A stretch of DNA of 64,000 nucleotides from Leucoraja ocellata. Lineage: Eukaryota. The stretch lies in assembly GCA_036785375.1 (NCBI GenBank), contig JAWMAR010000166.1, positions 5,146,001-5,210,000 of the forward strand, written 5' to 3'. Positions 38,367-51,345 of the stretch are shown here, piece by piece. Position numbers and translations under genes: made by a program. The notes below the pieces were generated by a model. It was not told the DNA's origin. It saw only the letters and a program-made list of their open reading frames with translations, and ran no database searches. Within the stretch, counting starts at the first letter, position 1. Each line of letters starts with the position of its first letter.

Positions 38367-39358
38367 CTGTGAAATAAAATAAAGCATACACTTATTAACA
38401 TAGTAATGTACACAAGGCACGATTATTCAAGGCAGGCACACTGGTAGCAAGATTAAAATCTATGCATCTGCTGAAATTCCCTGTTGTCATTGCAGTTATT
38501 ATAAAGCAGAGTGAGATGACTCCTCATACAGACCTAACCAGTTGCGTATCAGTGCATGAGAAGTCACGTGACTGCTTATTATATCATTATGGATTACAAG
38601 AACTCCGCTGCAGTCAAACAGTATGTGAAGAAACTGGGTGATTTCTTTTAAAGCGGATGAAGGGGATCGTTTCACTGATGGTGGCCTCGATTGATGTTTG
38701 ACACAAATTTGCGAAGAGGGGAGCTGTTAAAGACATGTCACGCTGCCGGTTTTGTTCTGGTTGAGGAACGAGACAATTAGGTTTTGGTGGGGCCCACTCG
38801 GTGAGGCCAAAAGGTCAGCCTTGAGCTTCCACGACTATTCTCCATGGTAGTTGCTATTCACAGGATTATTAGCACGAGGGTTGGGATACTGGAGCACTGG
38901 GTGTTCTGCTGCAGTGGCACAGACAGCGGCTCTGAGCCTAACTGCACTGCTACGCTCAGCTCTGAGGGCCAGTCTTCAGCATGGTTATGGCGCCTTTCCA
39001 GGCAGATATTTACCTAAACATGATAACAGAGGGTTTAATGGTGAGAACAAGATGCACTGTCCAAGCACATCCCTGCCCATGGAAGGTTCATGATATGTTG
39101 ACAGTATGTCATAAAATTATCTGATTAGTTTTTGAAGATGCTTATGTTATCACAGGACACCTAATGCAATAAACATCACCTGTTGCTAGAAGATTGGGAT
39201 AGATTGATTTCAACCATTGACTCTTCAGGAGGCCAGTTCGGAATAAGGGGGTTTAACCTTAATTATAGAACTTGGCTGGTTGGGGCTGATGTTAGGAAGC
39301 ACATCCTCACCCAAAGGGCAAATAAGAAATCTCAACCTCAATCTGCTGATAGAGCTGG

Positions 39359-39570
39359 AGACACAAGAAACGGCAGATGCTGGAATCTTGAGCAGAACAA
39401 AATGGTGGAAGAACTCAGGGGGTCAGGCCGCATCTGTGGAGGGAATGGATTGACAACATTTTGGGTTGGGACCCATCATAGAGGAAGGATCCCGACCCAA
39501 AACATCGTCCGTCCATACCCTCCACAGATACTTCCTGATCTGCTGAGTTCCTCCAGCACTTTGTGTTTGC
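39359..39570. mobile_element. Inverted dimer of the Penelope-derived terminal repeat
   Basis: Left arm gaactcag..tcaggc.gcatctgtggaggg..tgga..gac..ttttgggt.gggacc is mirrored by ggatcccgacccaaaacatcgtc.gtccataccctccacagat...ctgagttc. Confidence 0.75.
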
Positions 39571-40809
39571 TAGTAGAACTGCTGCCTCATAGCTTCTGGA
39601 AGTCGAGTTTGATTCTGACATCTGGTGCTGTCTGCGTGGAGTTTGCATATGCTCCCTGAGATCACCAGTTGCTCTGCTTTCCCTGATCTGCTAATTGGGC
39701 AATGCAAAATACCACAAATGTACAGATAAGTGCTGAAGCGGTTTGCATTTGTTGTTTTGGGGAAATTGATGGGAATGTGGGGCGAATAAAATGGGATCAA
39801 TGCAGGGATAATATAAATGTTTGTTGCAGACAGTGGGCAGAGGGCCTGTTCTGGGCTGCATGACGCTATAACTCAGTGACTGTATAAACCAGTCGAGTCA
39901 GGGAACAACGGGTAATTTAGAAAGTGAGGTTAATACACATTTTAAAACAATATTTTATTCAGAGCTGTGAAACTATGACAGGTAGATAGAATTCTGGGGG
40001 CTTGTGTTGAACCATGAACTGATTTAATGGTGCACGGTTTCAGGTGGTGAGTTGCTTTGAATGGGTCTCCTTCTAAGTCACTGCAATGCAACGTAACACG
40101 CTTATTATAATATGGTTTTATGAGCAATTGCTACGGTTGGAGGTACTTCCATTAAGCTAAATAAAATGTGTGAATGGGGTTAGTCACGAATGATTCTCAA
40201 TCCCAACTGAAACTGCAACTTGTATTATATTGTACTTTGTAGAAGAATTATCAAAGAACCTCATGAGGTGTTATAATCTAGATCCTCAAAGAACATTTGT
40301 GAACCAGATAGGATGTTACAACAATCTGTAATAAGGACATAAGAAGTACATGCAGGGAAAGCTATTCAGCCCCTTGTACTTGTTCAATTAGATTATGGTT
40401 TATCTTTCACCTTAACTGTTCAGTTTAGGTCTGATAAGTCATCAATACCGTTACTCTGCTCTTAACTTTCAGAGTTCACTAAATGTTCTGGTTAAATATG
40501 GAAGTCTGAATGCTCATTTCAGACCTCTGAGGAGCTAGGACTATAACTTAATAATTATATTATCAATTCATAATTGATGAATGCTTTTAATATCTTCCCC
40601 ACGTGGCACAGCATAACCTTTTCACTGCTTCAATGGTTAAATGGTAACAGTGTACAGTATTTTAAACACAAAAGAAGTAGAGCGCTCCTGAGTACCCTAT
40701 GTAAATACTATATATACCTCAGTCAACATCACCAAATAAAGACCACCTTTGTGTGTTTGTGACATCTTACCCCAGTTATCATGGATCCTGCAGTACAACA
40801 TAACATGCA

Positions 40810-41290
40810 ACATAGTACAGCATATGAACAGACCCTATTGACCACGATGTTGTGTTGGCCATGATGTCAATCTAAACTGGAAGTCTGTTTTGCATGTGGT
40901 CTATGTCCTTCAATTCCCTCCCTGTTCATTTGTCTTCCTAAATGCCTCTTAAATGAAGGCCATCATATCTACTTACATCACTTATCCAAGCAACTCAATC
41001 CAGGCTTCTACTACTCTCTTTGTAAAAGAACGTGCAAAACATTTCCTTTACCGTTTCCTTTTTCACTTTAAATCTAGGCCTCTAGTATTTGACATTTCCA
41101 CCCTGGGAAAAGACCCTATCTACCCTTTCCATAACTTATGTACGTTTATTTATTACTGTCAGGTCATCCCTCAGCCTCTGATGCTGCAGGGAAAATGGTC
41201 TAAGTTTGACCAACCTCTCCTTATAGCCAATCCACTCTAATCCATGTAGTATTGTGGTAACGTCTGCACTCTCTCCAAAGCATCCACATT
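40810..41290 (-). mobile_element. Old CR1 3' fragment
   Basis: Reverse complement of the CR1 tail (ctaaatgcctcttaaatg...ccaacctctccttatagc). Confidence 0.65.
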
Positions 41291-41829
41291 TTACATCTAT
41301 AATCTGCAGAAGAAGAGAATCCTTAATGAATCGCCATCCTGGTTTTGTTTTGGTTTAAGCGACCACTGGTTTAGGACTTCCAACAAGGAAAACATCCACC
41401 CCCAAGTCATCCATGTATTTTGTGTCTTCTAATGTGGTTAACTTTCCTTCTTCTAGAGGATAGAGGCCTGGCTCATTGAGGCCTGGTGACTCAATCTCTC
41501 TTCAGCCCAGCTATCCCAGGAACTTTGAATAAAGTTGGCCAAAGATCTCCATCGATGGCTTTGCTTCAGATCACAGAAGGATAAGCCTTCCATTTGCATT
41601 CAATGCCAACTCTGACCAATTATAAAAATATATTAACATTATAAAAATAGTGATCAATATATAGTGTCTTCCATGTTCCCACTGTTTTATTGTAGATGAG
41701 TGGGCACCACGGCGGATAGATTTGGGCCATTTTTCCTGCTATCTCAATACATTTTATAGCCAGTCATGCACGTAAGTGCCCACTGTGGTGCTGCAGAGAC
41801 CATGAAAAGCAACTGCTTCACACAAACAC

Positions 41830-42105
41830 AGTGGTGCAGCAGTGAATTGCTGCCTTACAGCACCAGAGGCCTATATTCGATTCTGACTACAGGTACTGTC
41901 TGTATGAAGTTTGTACGTTCTCCCCGTGACCTGCGGGGCTTTCTCTGAAATATTCAGTTTCCTCCCACACTCCACAGCTTTGTAGGTTAATTGGCTTGGT
42001 ATAAATGTAAATTGTCCCTCGTGTGTGTAGGATATTGTTAATGTGCGGAGATTACTGGTGGGCCGAAGGACCTATTTCCACGCTGTATCTCTAAACTAAA
42101 CTAAA
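41830..42105 (+). mobile_element. HE1-like V-SINE
   Basis: ttgctgccttacagcaccagag...gtttgtacgttctccccgtgacc...cgctgtatctctaaactaaactaaac. Confidence 0.85.
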
Positions 42106-42329
42106 CAGTAATGTGTCGCTGCCCAAGATATCTGATTTAGTGTTTTTGATTGGAAGGTAAATATTGCACAGGACACAGTGAAAATCTCCCTGTCCTACTT
42201 TCATATCAACCTGAGAGGGCAAAAGTGGCCTCAGTAACCACCTCCTATTGATCTTGGCTGGCACTTCCTCAGTACCTCAGGGAAGAGACAGTCTAGGTTT
42301 CTCTGTTCAGATCTCTGGCAAGAAATGTC

Positions 42330-42500
42330 AGTATAGTACAGTGGTATAGTATAGTAGAGTATAGTATAGTATAGTATTGTATAGTATTGTATAGTATAGT
42401 ATAGTACCGTGATATAGTATAGTATAGCATAGCATGGCATGGCATAGAGTATAGTATAGTGCGGCCTAGTATAGTATTGTATAATATAGTACAGTATAGT
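42330..42500. repeat. (TAGTA)n pentanucleotide microsatellite, imperfect
   Basis: Repeated tagta/tagca units. Confidence 0.95.
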
Positions 42501-42597
42501 AAAGTACAGACCCTTCGGCTCACAAAGTAATTAATCTCGAGGAAAACTCAGGGGAAATTAAAATAAAGCATATGTACGTTAAATAAAGCATATGTAC

Positions 42598-42908
42598 GCT
42601 CCGCTCTGCAGCGGCAGCGGAGACCTGACTCGGCCTCTGAGCTGTGGCGAGGCATCGACCACCCGCGGAGTTTGAACCGTCACCTCGGCGCAGAGGGAGA
42701 ACAAAGAGGGAAGAGCCAGAGACTTTAAGATTTTGCCTTCCACCACAGTGAGGAGGTGTTTGGTGAACTCACTGTGGTGGATGTTAAATTTGTGTTGACT
42801 ATGTGTTTTGCCATTTTTTAAATTATGTGTATGACTGCAGGGAAACAGAATTTCGTTCAGACCGAAAGGTCTGAATGACAATAAACGAATCTAATCTAAT
42901 CTAATCTA
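42598..42908 (+). mobile_element. CpG-rich retroelement 3' fragment with (AATCT)n tail, related to 7030-7605
   Basis: Shares ttgccttcca.cacagtgaggagg...tcactgtg.tggatgtt...atgactgcag...aattt.gtt...aatgaca..ataaa. Preceded by a tandem AAATAAAGCATATGTACG duplication. Confidence 0.65.
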
Positions 42909-43749
42909 AAAAAAAATTGATGTCAGCTGTCAGAATGTTTGATTGGATGATACCCATTCCTGCCCTGTGGATTTGCAGGGCAGCCATCTCCTCCTTGTTG
43001 GTTAGTTTGTCTTTGAGTGGTTGAATTGTGGGCTGCATTTGTCGTTCAGCCCATCCGTTTTATACCCGTCACAGTTACTACATCTAGAGTGGCCCAATTC
43101 AGATGAATGGAGTCACCCAGCCCTGAGCTGCAAGGTAAGTGAAGGCAGGTGGTTAAAACATCACCATGTCAGTGTGGGAGCGGGGCTTCAGGACAGGCTT
43201 CTTGAGAGGTGGTTGCCACTTGTTATCAATTATTTTTCAGAGATGGAGAATCAGCTTGGATGGCCCACTGTCTTATTGTAGATCAGTGGCCACCATGTTG
43301 ATAGATTTGGGCCATGTTTGACCCAGTCCATTGTAGGTGGGATAATATTTGACAATCAAGGAGCATCTGACCAGATAAGGACCTAATCAGTTGCCAATAT
43401 GTGTACAGCTGCTTCTCGCAAATAACAGTGTACTCTTGCCCAGGTGATGGAAAACAAAGGTCCAGGGAAGGACAGGTCAGGTCGCCTTTGGCCACAACAG
43501 TGGAGGTTGGTAGTTAGTCCATCCAGTGTTTATGATCCAATGTGATACGCCACAGCAATAGTCACTGCCTTCCTGAGCAGAGAGTGAAAGATAAAATTGA
43601 CTCAGGACATTCTTCTCTTCTAAATGTCTACCACACATGTTGTCTGAAAAATGTCCTCTAACTCGACAACTCTACAAGTCTACAACTTTAAAAAAACCTT
43701 TGACTGCTTGCAGTTCCAGATTATCCCCGATCCCTGACTTTGGTTTCAA

Positions 43750-44522
43750 AAACAGGGAGGCAGATTACTATCTAAATGGTGTCAAGTTAGGAAAAGGGGA
43801 AATACAACGTTATCTTGGGGTCCTTGTTCATCAGTCAATGAAAGTAAGCATGCAGGTACAGCAGGCAGGGAAGAAAGTGAATGGCATGTTAGTCTTTATA
43901 ACAAGAGGAGTATAGGAGCAAAGAGGTCCTTCTGCAGTTGTATAGAGCCCCAGTGAGACCACACCTGGAGTATTGTGTGCAGTTTTGGTCCCCTAAATTG
44001 AGAAAGGACATTCTTGCTATTGAGGGAGTGCAGCGTTGGTTTACAAGGTTAATTCTATGGATGGCGGGACTGTCATATGCTGAGAGAATGGAGCGACTGG
44101 GCTTGTATACTCTGGAGTTTAGAAGGATGAGAGGCAATCTTATTGAAACATATAGGATTATTAAGGGTTCAGACACGCTAGAGGCAGGAAACATGTTCCC
44201 GATGTTTGGGGAGTCCAGAACCAGGGGCCACAGTTTAAGAATAAGGGGTGAGCCATTTAGAACGGGGACAAGGAAACACTTTTTCTCACAGAGAGTTGTG
44301 AGTCTGTGGAATTCTCTACCTCAGAGGGCGGTGGAGGCCAGTTCTCTGTATACTTTCAAGAGAGAACTAGATAGGGCTCTTAAAGATAGCGGAGTCAGGG
44401 GATATGGGGAGAAGGCAAGAACGGGGTACTGATTGGGGATAATCAGCCATGATCACATTGAATGGTGGTGCTGGCTCAAAGGGCTGAATGGCCTACTTCT
44501 GCACCTATTGTCTATTGTCTAT
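43750..44522 (+). mobile_element. CR1/HER1 LINE 3' fragment (second subfamily)
   Basis: ORFs 43637-43915 and 43938-44432: LGVLVHQSMKVSMQVQQA..K.NGML, VRPHLEYCVQFWSP..., with a (CTATTGT)n tail. Confidence 0.92.
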
Positions 44523-44529
44523 TTATTCA

Positions 44530-44793
<264 letters not shown>

Positions 44794-44974
44794 TTACAAT
44801 TCCACTGGTGGTGTTATGTCGGTGTTGTATAGACTGAATGTGGAGGGCGTCCCATCTTCCCTTGTGTCTAGCTTGGGTACCAGCTCTCACAATCCTTCTA
44901 TCCCAGATCTATTCTAAGTTCTGAGCATCCCCCAAGCTCAGATATTCTTTACTCAGCACCAGTTCAACTTAGTT

Positions 44975-45592
44975 CGTTCAAGTGAGTTTATTGTCATGTG
45001 TCCCTGATAGGACAATTAAATTCTTGCTTTGCTTCAGCACACAGAACATAGTAGGCATTTACTACAAAACAGATCAGTGTGTCCATAAACCATTGTATAA
45101 ATATATACACACATGAATAAATACTGATAGTGCAAATAACAGATAATGGGTTATTAATTATCAGTTTTGTCTGAGCCAGGTTTAATAGCCTGATGGCTGT
45201 GGGGAAGTAGCTATTCCTGAACCTGGTTGTTGCAGTCTTCAGGCTCCTGTACCTTCTACCTGAAGGTAGCAGGGAGATGAGTGTGTGGCCAGGATGGTGT
45301 GGGTCTTTGATGATATTGCCAGCCTTTTAAAGGCAGCGACTGCGATAAATCCCCTCGATGGAAGGAAGATCAGAGCCGATGATGGACTGGGCAGTGTTTA
45401 CTACTTTTTGTAGTCTTTTCCTCTCCAGGGCGCTCAAGTTGCCGAACCAAGCCACGATTCAACCAGTCAGCATGCTCTCGACTGTGCACCTGTAGAAGTT
45501 AGAGAGAGTCCTCGTTGACATACCGACTCTCCGTAATCTTCTCAGGAAGTAGAGGCGCTGATGTGCTTTCTTGATAATGGCATTAGTGTTCT
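44975..45592 (-). mobile_element. Rex-Babar LINE 3' fragment
   Basis: Nucleotide homology to 52195-52800 (gagtttattgtcatgtgtccc...gatggctgtggggaag..gct.ttcctgaacctgg). Confidence 0.88.
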
Positions 45593-45857
45593 CTTAAAGG
45601 AAGCATGTGGAATAGGTGCAGGAAGTTTTTCAGGCAGTCCCACAGTCCTACAGTCCCACTAATTCTGCAGTATTCAGTGGGAGACACAGTGGTACAGCTA
45701 GTAGAGCTGATGCCTCACAACATTAATGACCTGGTACCATCCTGACTTATGGTGCTGTCTGTGTGGAGTTTGCAAGTTCTCCCTCGAGGGTATCTCCCTG
45801 GTACAGTGATTACGTTCCATGCCCTGAAGACATGCTGGTCTTAGACTGTAATAACAA

Positions 45858-46070
45858 TGAACTGCAGATCCTAGCTTACCAAAGAAAGGCACAAAATGCT
45901 GGAGTAACTCAGCAGGTCAAGCAGCATCTTTGGAGAACATTGATTCGCATTAGGAGTTTTCTTCAGCCTAAATATTTTGAAGAAGGATCTCAACCCAAAC
46001 TGTCACCTATCCATGTCCTTCAGAGATGCTGCCTTGTCCGTTGAGTTCCTCCAGCATTACGTATCTTTCT
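45858..46070. mobile_element. Inverted dimer of the Penelope-derived repeat, nested in an HE1-like SINE (from about 45685)
   Basis: aatgctggagtaactcagcagg..aagcagcatctttgga is mirrored by ttcagagatgctgccttgtccgttgagttcctccagcatt. Confidence 0.7.
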
Positions 46071-48899
46071 CAGGCTGATAGATGTATTGGTTAGTATATT
46101 GCCCCTGATATACAGTGCATGGGTGCCAGGTGAATTGGTGAATGAATTTTTTTCAGCCCATTAAGAATGAGGAGAAATATGTCTTATTTTCTGCCTCCAA
46201 TCTCCTTGACTTATTTGGTCTCTAAAAATTGAACACTCTATCTTCCATTGGACTTCCCCCCTCTTCTCCAGTGAAGGATCCTTGACATCCACAGCTTTCT
46301 GAATGAAGACAATTATTTTCATTTTAACCATAAAAGGCTGTCCCCCTCTCCTGATTCTGTGGTGGTGAAGGAAAAATAGCAGCCATTTTATGCTTAGTGG
46401 GCTCCTCAAATTTGGCTTCACAGGGCATGGAACATAGAAGAGTACAGTGTATAAACATGGTAACTGGACAACTGTGTTCCTAAGTGAATCTGCATGTGAG
46501 GCCGACTTCACTGCTTCAATAGGTGGTTAAGAGTTAACCACAGAGTTGTAGGTCAGGAGTCACACAGGCCAGAGTGGGTAAGATTTCATTCCCTCAAGCA
46601 GAGAAATGACCCAGATAGGCTTTTTGCAACAATCCTGTTATTTTATGGCCACCATTATTGATATTAGTTTAAAAAAAATTCCAGATTGATTTAATTAAAG
46701 TAATCTAATTTGTCAATTTGCTGTGAAGGGACTTGGTGTCACAGCTGCTGTTTTTGCAGTAAGATAAATGCTATGCAACTTTACGGTATGGATAATGTAA
46801 ACCTCAGCACTGGTTACAGCAGCAATTAGAAGCAGGTTTAGGAGCCGATTCACAATACACGGCCAAGGCCTGAAATATTCTTCAGTGCTTGTTTTTAGCA
46901 GAAACAACTTAATCTAGAGTAGAATAAATTACGATGGGTGAATTTCCTAATCTTGTGCCAAGGAATACCTAAGGTCAATAGAACAGCTTGTAAACTCTGT
47001 TGGAGATTGAGCATATGCCTGGAGAAGCCAGGGATTGGCTCTGTTGTGATGTCATTCATGGAATGAATTCATAAAGTCATATAATTATATCGTGTGCATA
47101 CTTCCAGCTGCCCCGGTTCAAACCTCTTCCATCCACAAACCTCTTTGCCTCTCTTTTCGAAGTTCTACTTAAAAGCCTAATATTTAATTACTATTTAACC
47201 AAACATGTGGTCATGTGTTCTAATGCTTTACTCTTTGGTTTGATGCCACTTAAGCGGAAATTGTTCGACGAACCGCCATTGTTAAGCATCAGGAGTTGAA
47301 TGGTTGACATTTTTGAAACACGTTACCCAACCTTGGTGGGATTGCCCAAGAATAACAAGTCAGCACCCTATAGATGACAGTGCGCAGATGAATGATAGAA
47401 CCTGATTTTCTGAGCGTCATATTGTCTTAAAAATATGAAGCGATTTATGGTCAAAGATCGTAGCTTTATGGTGGAATGGGCAAGGTTTAAAGGAGATGTG
47501 TGAGTTTAGCTTTTTACACAGAGGATGGTTGGAGCCTGGAATACACTGCTAGGGGTGGTGATGGAGGCAGGGACAATAGTGACATTTCAGAGGCTTTTGG
47601 AGAGGCACAAGGAGGGGATGAAGGAATGCGGATCATTTGCAGGCAGATGAGATTAGTTTATTCTCGCATTGACTTTGTGTAGACATTGTAGGCTGAAGGG
47701 CCTGTTCCTGTCCATTGCTGTACTGTGGTCTATCTCACGTTTGTACTTTCATGGGGAGGGGGATAACAACACATAATAAGCACTGATAACAGATGTAAAT
47801 GTTTGCAAATTTCACCTTGGAGACTGGATGCTGAGGTTAAATCGTTCAAATTGTTATCAGAGAAAAACTTGTGGACTTTTCCAGCTATCATCTGAGAAAT
47901 TATTCCAGTCAGGAAACTGCTAAACTTAAGGCTGCTATAAATTCCTTTCCACCTCTCTCTGAAATTTCCTGTCATTGTTCGGGTCCCATTCGATGGGCAG
48001 ATCCCACAGCCAGTAAGACTTCCGTTTTCAATTGGACTATTTAGTATACGTGATAACATCAAGGCACTTGGCTCTTACACTATCAGTCCTAAGGCAGCAT
48101 TGTGTGAAATCCCTCCTCACTCACCCACCCACCCACTGTCATGCATGATTCAGAAGCTGATGGGTGAGTTGACCCCAGCATCCATCCGCAGATGTACAGA
48201 AATCCTGAGCTCTTGCAGTTTCTGTGCTTCACTTTTACAGAGTGGGATTTGAACTCACAGTCTGGTGCCACAGGCAAGAGTGTGTTCCACTAAATTACAG
48301 CCGGGCACAGATGGTGGTGGGTGGCGAAAGTGTGGTTACTTAGTAGAACCATGGAAGCATTCTACGAGGGGTCATACAACTAATGGATCATTAGTTTTTT
48401 TGCAGGAGGGTTCTGGCCTCACTTCTCCCAAGGAGCCTGACTTGCTTCAAGGGGGAGAGAGATAGCCTAATTCTGTTGGGCAATCTACTGCTGGACAACT
48501 CAAAGCAGGGTCCTTTTAAAGGCTGAGATTAGGGGAATTTCCTCCATGTCCCAGTCCCTTCAACTATTGCAGGGCCTCCTGTTGTGGGAGGTCTTGCTTG
48601 GAAGCTGCAGAGGCTCCAAATGCAGAAGGACTTTGTCAGCACATTGATGGGACTTGGCTAATCTGAAGCCTCACTCAGAACCCAATGCTTCCAGCTAGTT
48701 TTCCCTGAAGTTATGGCATTGTACTGGAAGACATCATGACTTTTGGGACAAATGTCTTAATGCCAAGTATTAAAAATGAATTTTGGTTGGGAGACTCAGC
48801 AGTTTCTTAATGTTTCAGCATTTGTATGTTTTGGAATAGGGATTCAAACCTTTCCTGATCATGAGATGTCTAAAAGCACTTTGTAGCCAATATTGATAG

Positions 48900-49230
48900 T
48901 CATAGTCATACAGCATAGAAACTGTCCCTTTGGCCCAATTTGACCTTACCAACCAAGATGCCCCACCTAGCTAGTCCCATTTGCCTGCATTTGGCCTATA
49001 TTCTTCAAAGTCGTTCTTATCCTGCCCAAGTGCCTTTAAAATGTTGTTATGGTACCTGCCTCAACTACCTCCTCTGGCAGCTCATTCCATATATCCAGCA
49101 CCTACTGAGTGAAAAAGTAGTAGTGAAATCCCCTCTGGTTCCTTTCCCCCCTTGCCTTAAAACTATGTCCTTTGGTCTGGATTCCCCTACCCAGGGTAAG
49201 AGACTGTGCCTTCACCCGAACAATTTCCCT
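48900..49230 (-). mobile_element. CR1 3' tail fragment
   Basis: catagtcatacagcatagaaac...ctcaactacctcctctggcagctcattcc. Confidence 0.7.
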
Positions 49231-51039
49231 CATGCATAGTTACTAGTGAAAACAAGACATGTAACATTCAAGTTATGAACATTAAGCTCCACAATATGCA
49301 CAATGTTGATGACCAGATAATGTTGATGAAGGGATGAATTTCGAGGGAGAGCTCTCCCGACCTTCCACAAAACACTGCCACTGGATCTTTTATTTGTGGG
49401 AGGATGGAGGAGGCCTTGGTTTAATATTTCACCCAGAGGGCAGCAATCATATCAGAGCACCACTCCCACAGTACCAAACCACATGTGTCAACCTGGATCT
49501 TTTGAGCTCAGATCCATAGAGCGGGATTTGTATACATACTTTTCTGACGAACGATGACAGAAATAGCTACAACTGATAAAAATGCAAACTTTGGAACTAC
49601 AGTCAAAGCATTTTAACTGTATATAGTCAGTGCTTTGTACCTCCACTGTATCCTCTCAGCATGTAGCAACAACAGAAACATATTCATAATGTTGTTATCC
49701 CCAGTGCAGAGTGAAAAAGCTCCACACCCATTGAAGGTGACTCCATGATAACATTCCAGTGGTGCCAGGAAGTACAAGAATTTGTACAAGAATTCCTGGT
49801 TTTAGCCTCGGAAGACAGCCAAAAGGGAATTTGGGACAGTTCCAAATCCTACTCATAGTAAGACTAATTAGAACTGCATTTATTAAAATCAAGCAAGAGG
49901 ATATCTTTTTTTTCCTTTGTAAAATGGAGAGCCCCTACAATGAAATGTGGTAATTTAAAATTAATTATTTCAGTCATCAAACCAGCAGCTTACATTCATC
50001 ATGGATGTGTGTGTATATATAGATAGGTGAAGGCTTTCTTTGAAAGAATCTGCTGCCCGTTCTTGATAATTCTGTGAAAATAACGTCCTTATCACTGACC
50101 CTCTGGTGTGTATATCATTGTTCATCAAGGACATGGAGCATGTTGACAACTGCTGTTAACGCAGGTCTCCAGCTTAAATACCAGCCAGAAATACTGCCCA
50201 TAACAACAGAACCGGCTGCATCAGAGACAATCCAAAACAGCAGACAATTTCACAGTGGATTGAATCAGCCATTCCTGCAGAATCCTCCTTCCGCTGGATA
50301 CCTTGAATGGATCATTCACAGACATCCAGGATTCTTCACGTATTTCATTGCAACAATTACATTTATCAACCACCGTGCAGTGCTGCATCTTAATAAAAGA
50401 AGCCGATCGAATAGAAAATCCCTTTAACCTTATTTACAATTCCTGTTTGGGATGGATCACCTTGGTTGCAAATGATTCGAGCTGCAATCCCAGATCCCTT
50501 CGCCAGTACAATATCTCTGAAACAAGTGCTGACATCTTACCTCCTGCCATTCTCCTCGGACCCTTTCTTCCAACTAGCTGCCTTCTTTCATTCAAAATAG
50601 AGCCTGGTGCAAACCAAGAGAGAAATTCATAGCCCGCACAAATCCCATCCACTCCTTTCTGCTTTGTTACGCTTCTAAAGAATCTGTTCGGGGTCAGTGA
50701 AGGCAGAGTAAGTGCATTAAATTCTCCTGTTACCCAGGTGTCAGAAGCTGGGCTCAGCTGCAACTCGGCTCCAATCTGAGTGCAATCCTCGCACTGTGCA
50801 CAGAGAATTACGTGACTGCTGCAGATGGAAGCTCCCTGACTCAAAGGGGCCTCCGTGCACCGTTCTGGGTGCTAATTCATCAGTGAACAGTGAGATTGTA
50901 AAGAAGCTTTTAAAGAAGCCGCACATTGTCCCTCCGACTAATTTTTGTTTATTGATTGATTCGAGGGAAGTGGGCGTTTCTGGTGAGCGCAGCGTTTATT
51001 TTCTGTTCCTTAATTGCCCCTGAGCTGAGAAGCCATGGG

Positions 51040-51345
51040 AGTGGCACCATGGCACAGCTGGTGGAGCCACCGCCTCATAGACGCAGAGGCAGAGGCCAAG
51101 GTTCAATCCTGACCATTATTACTGTCTGTGTGGAGTCTGTGCAATCTTCCTGTGACTGTGTGGGTTTCACCTGGTTCTGCTCCGGTTTTCTACCACATTC
51201 CAAAGGCGGGCAAATTGGTAGGATCATTGGCCTCTGTAAATAACCTCTAGTGTGTAGAATCTGGGGGAAATTGATATGTGATGGTCGGCATGAACCCACT
51301 GGCCTGAAGAGTCTGTCTCTGTGCTGTAATTCTTTATGACCCTAT
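51040..51345 (+). mobile_element. HE1-like V-SINE, diverged
   Basis: ggcaccatggcacagctggtggag...ggttcaatcctgacc...ctccggttttctaccacattccaaag. Confidence 0.75.
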
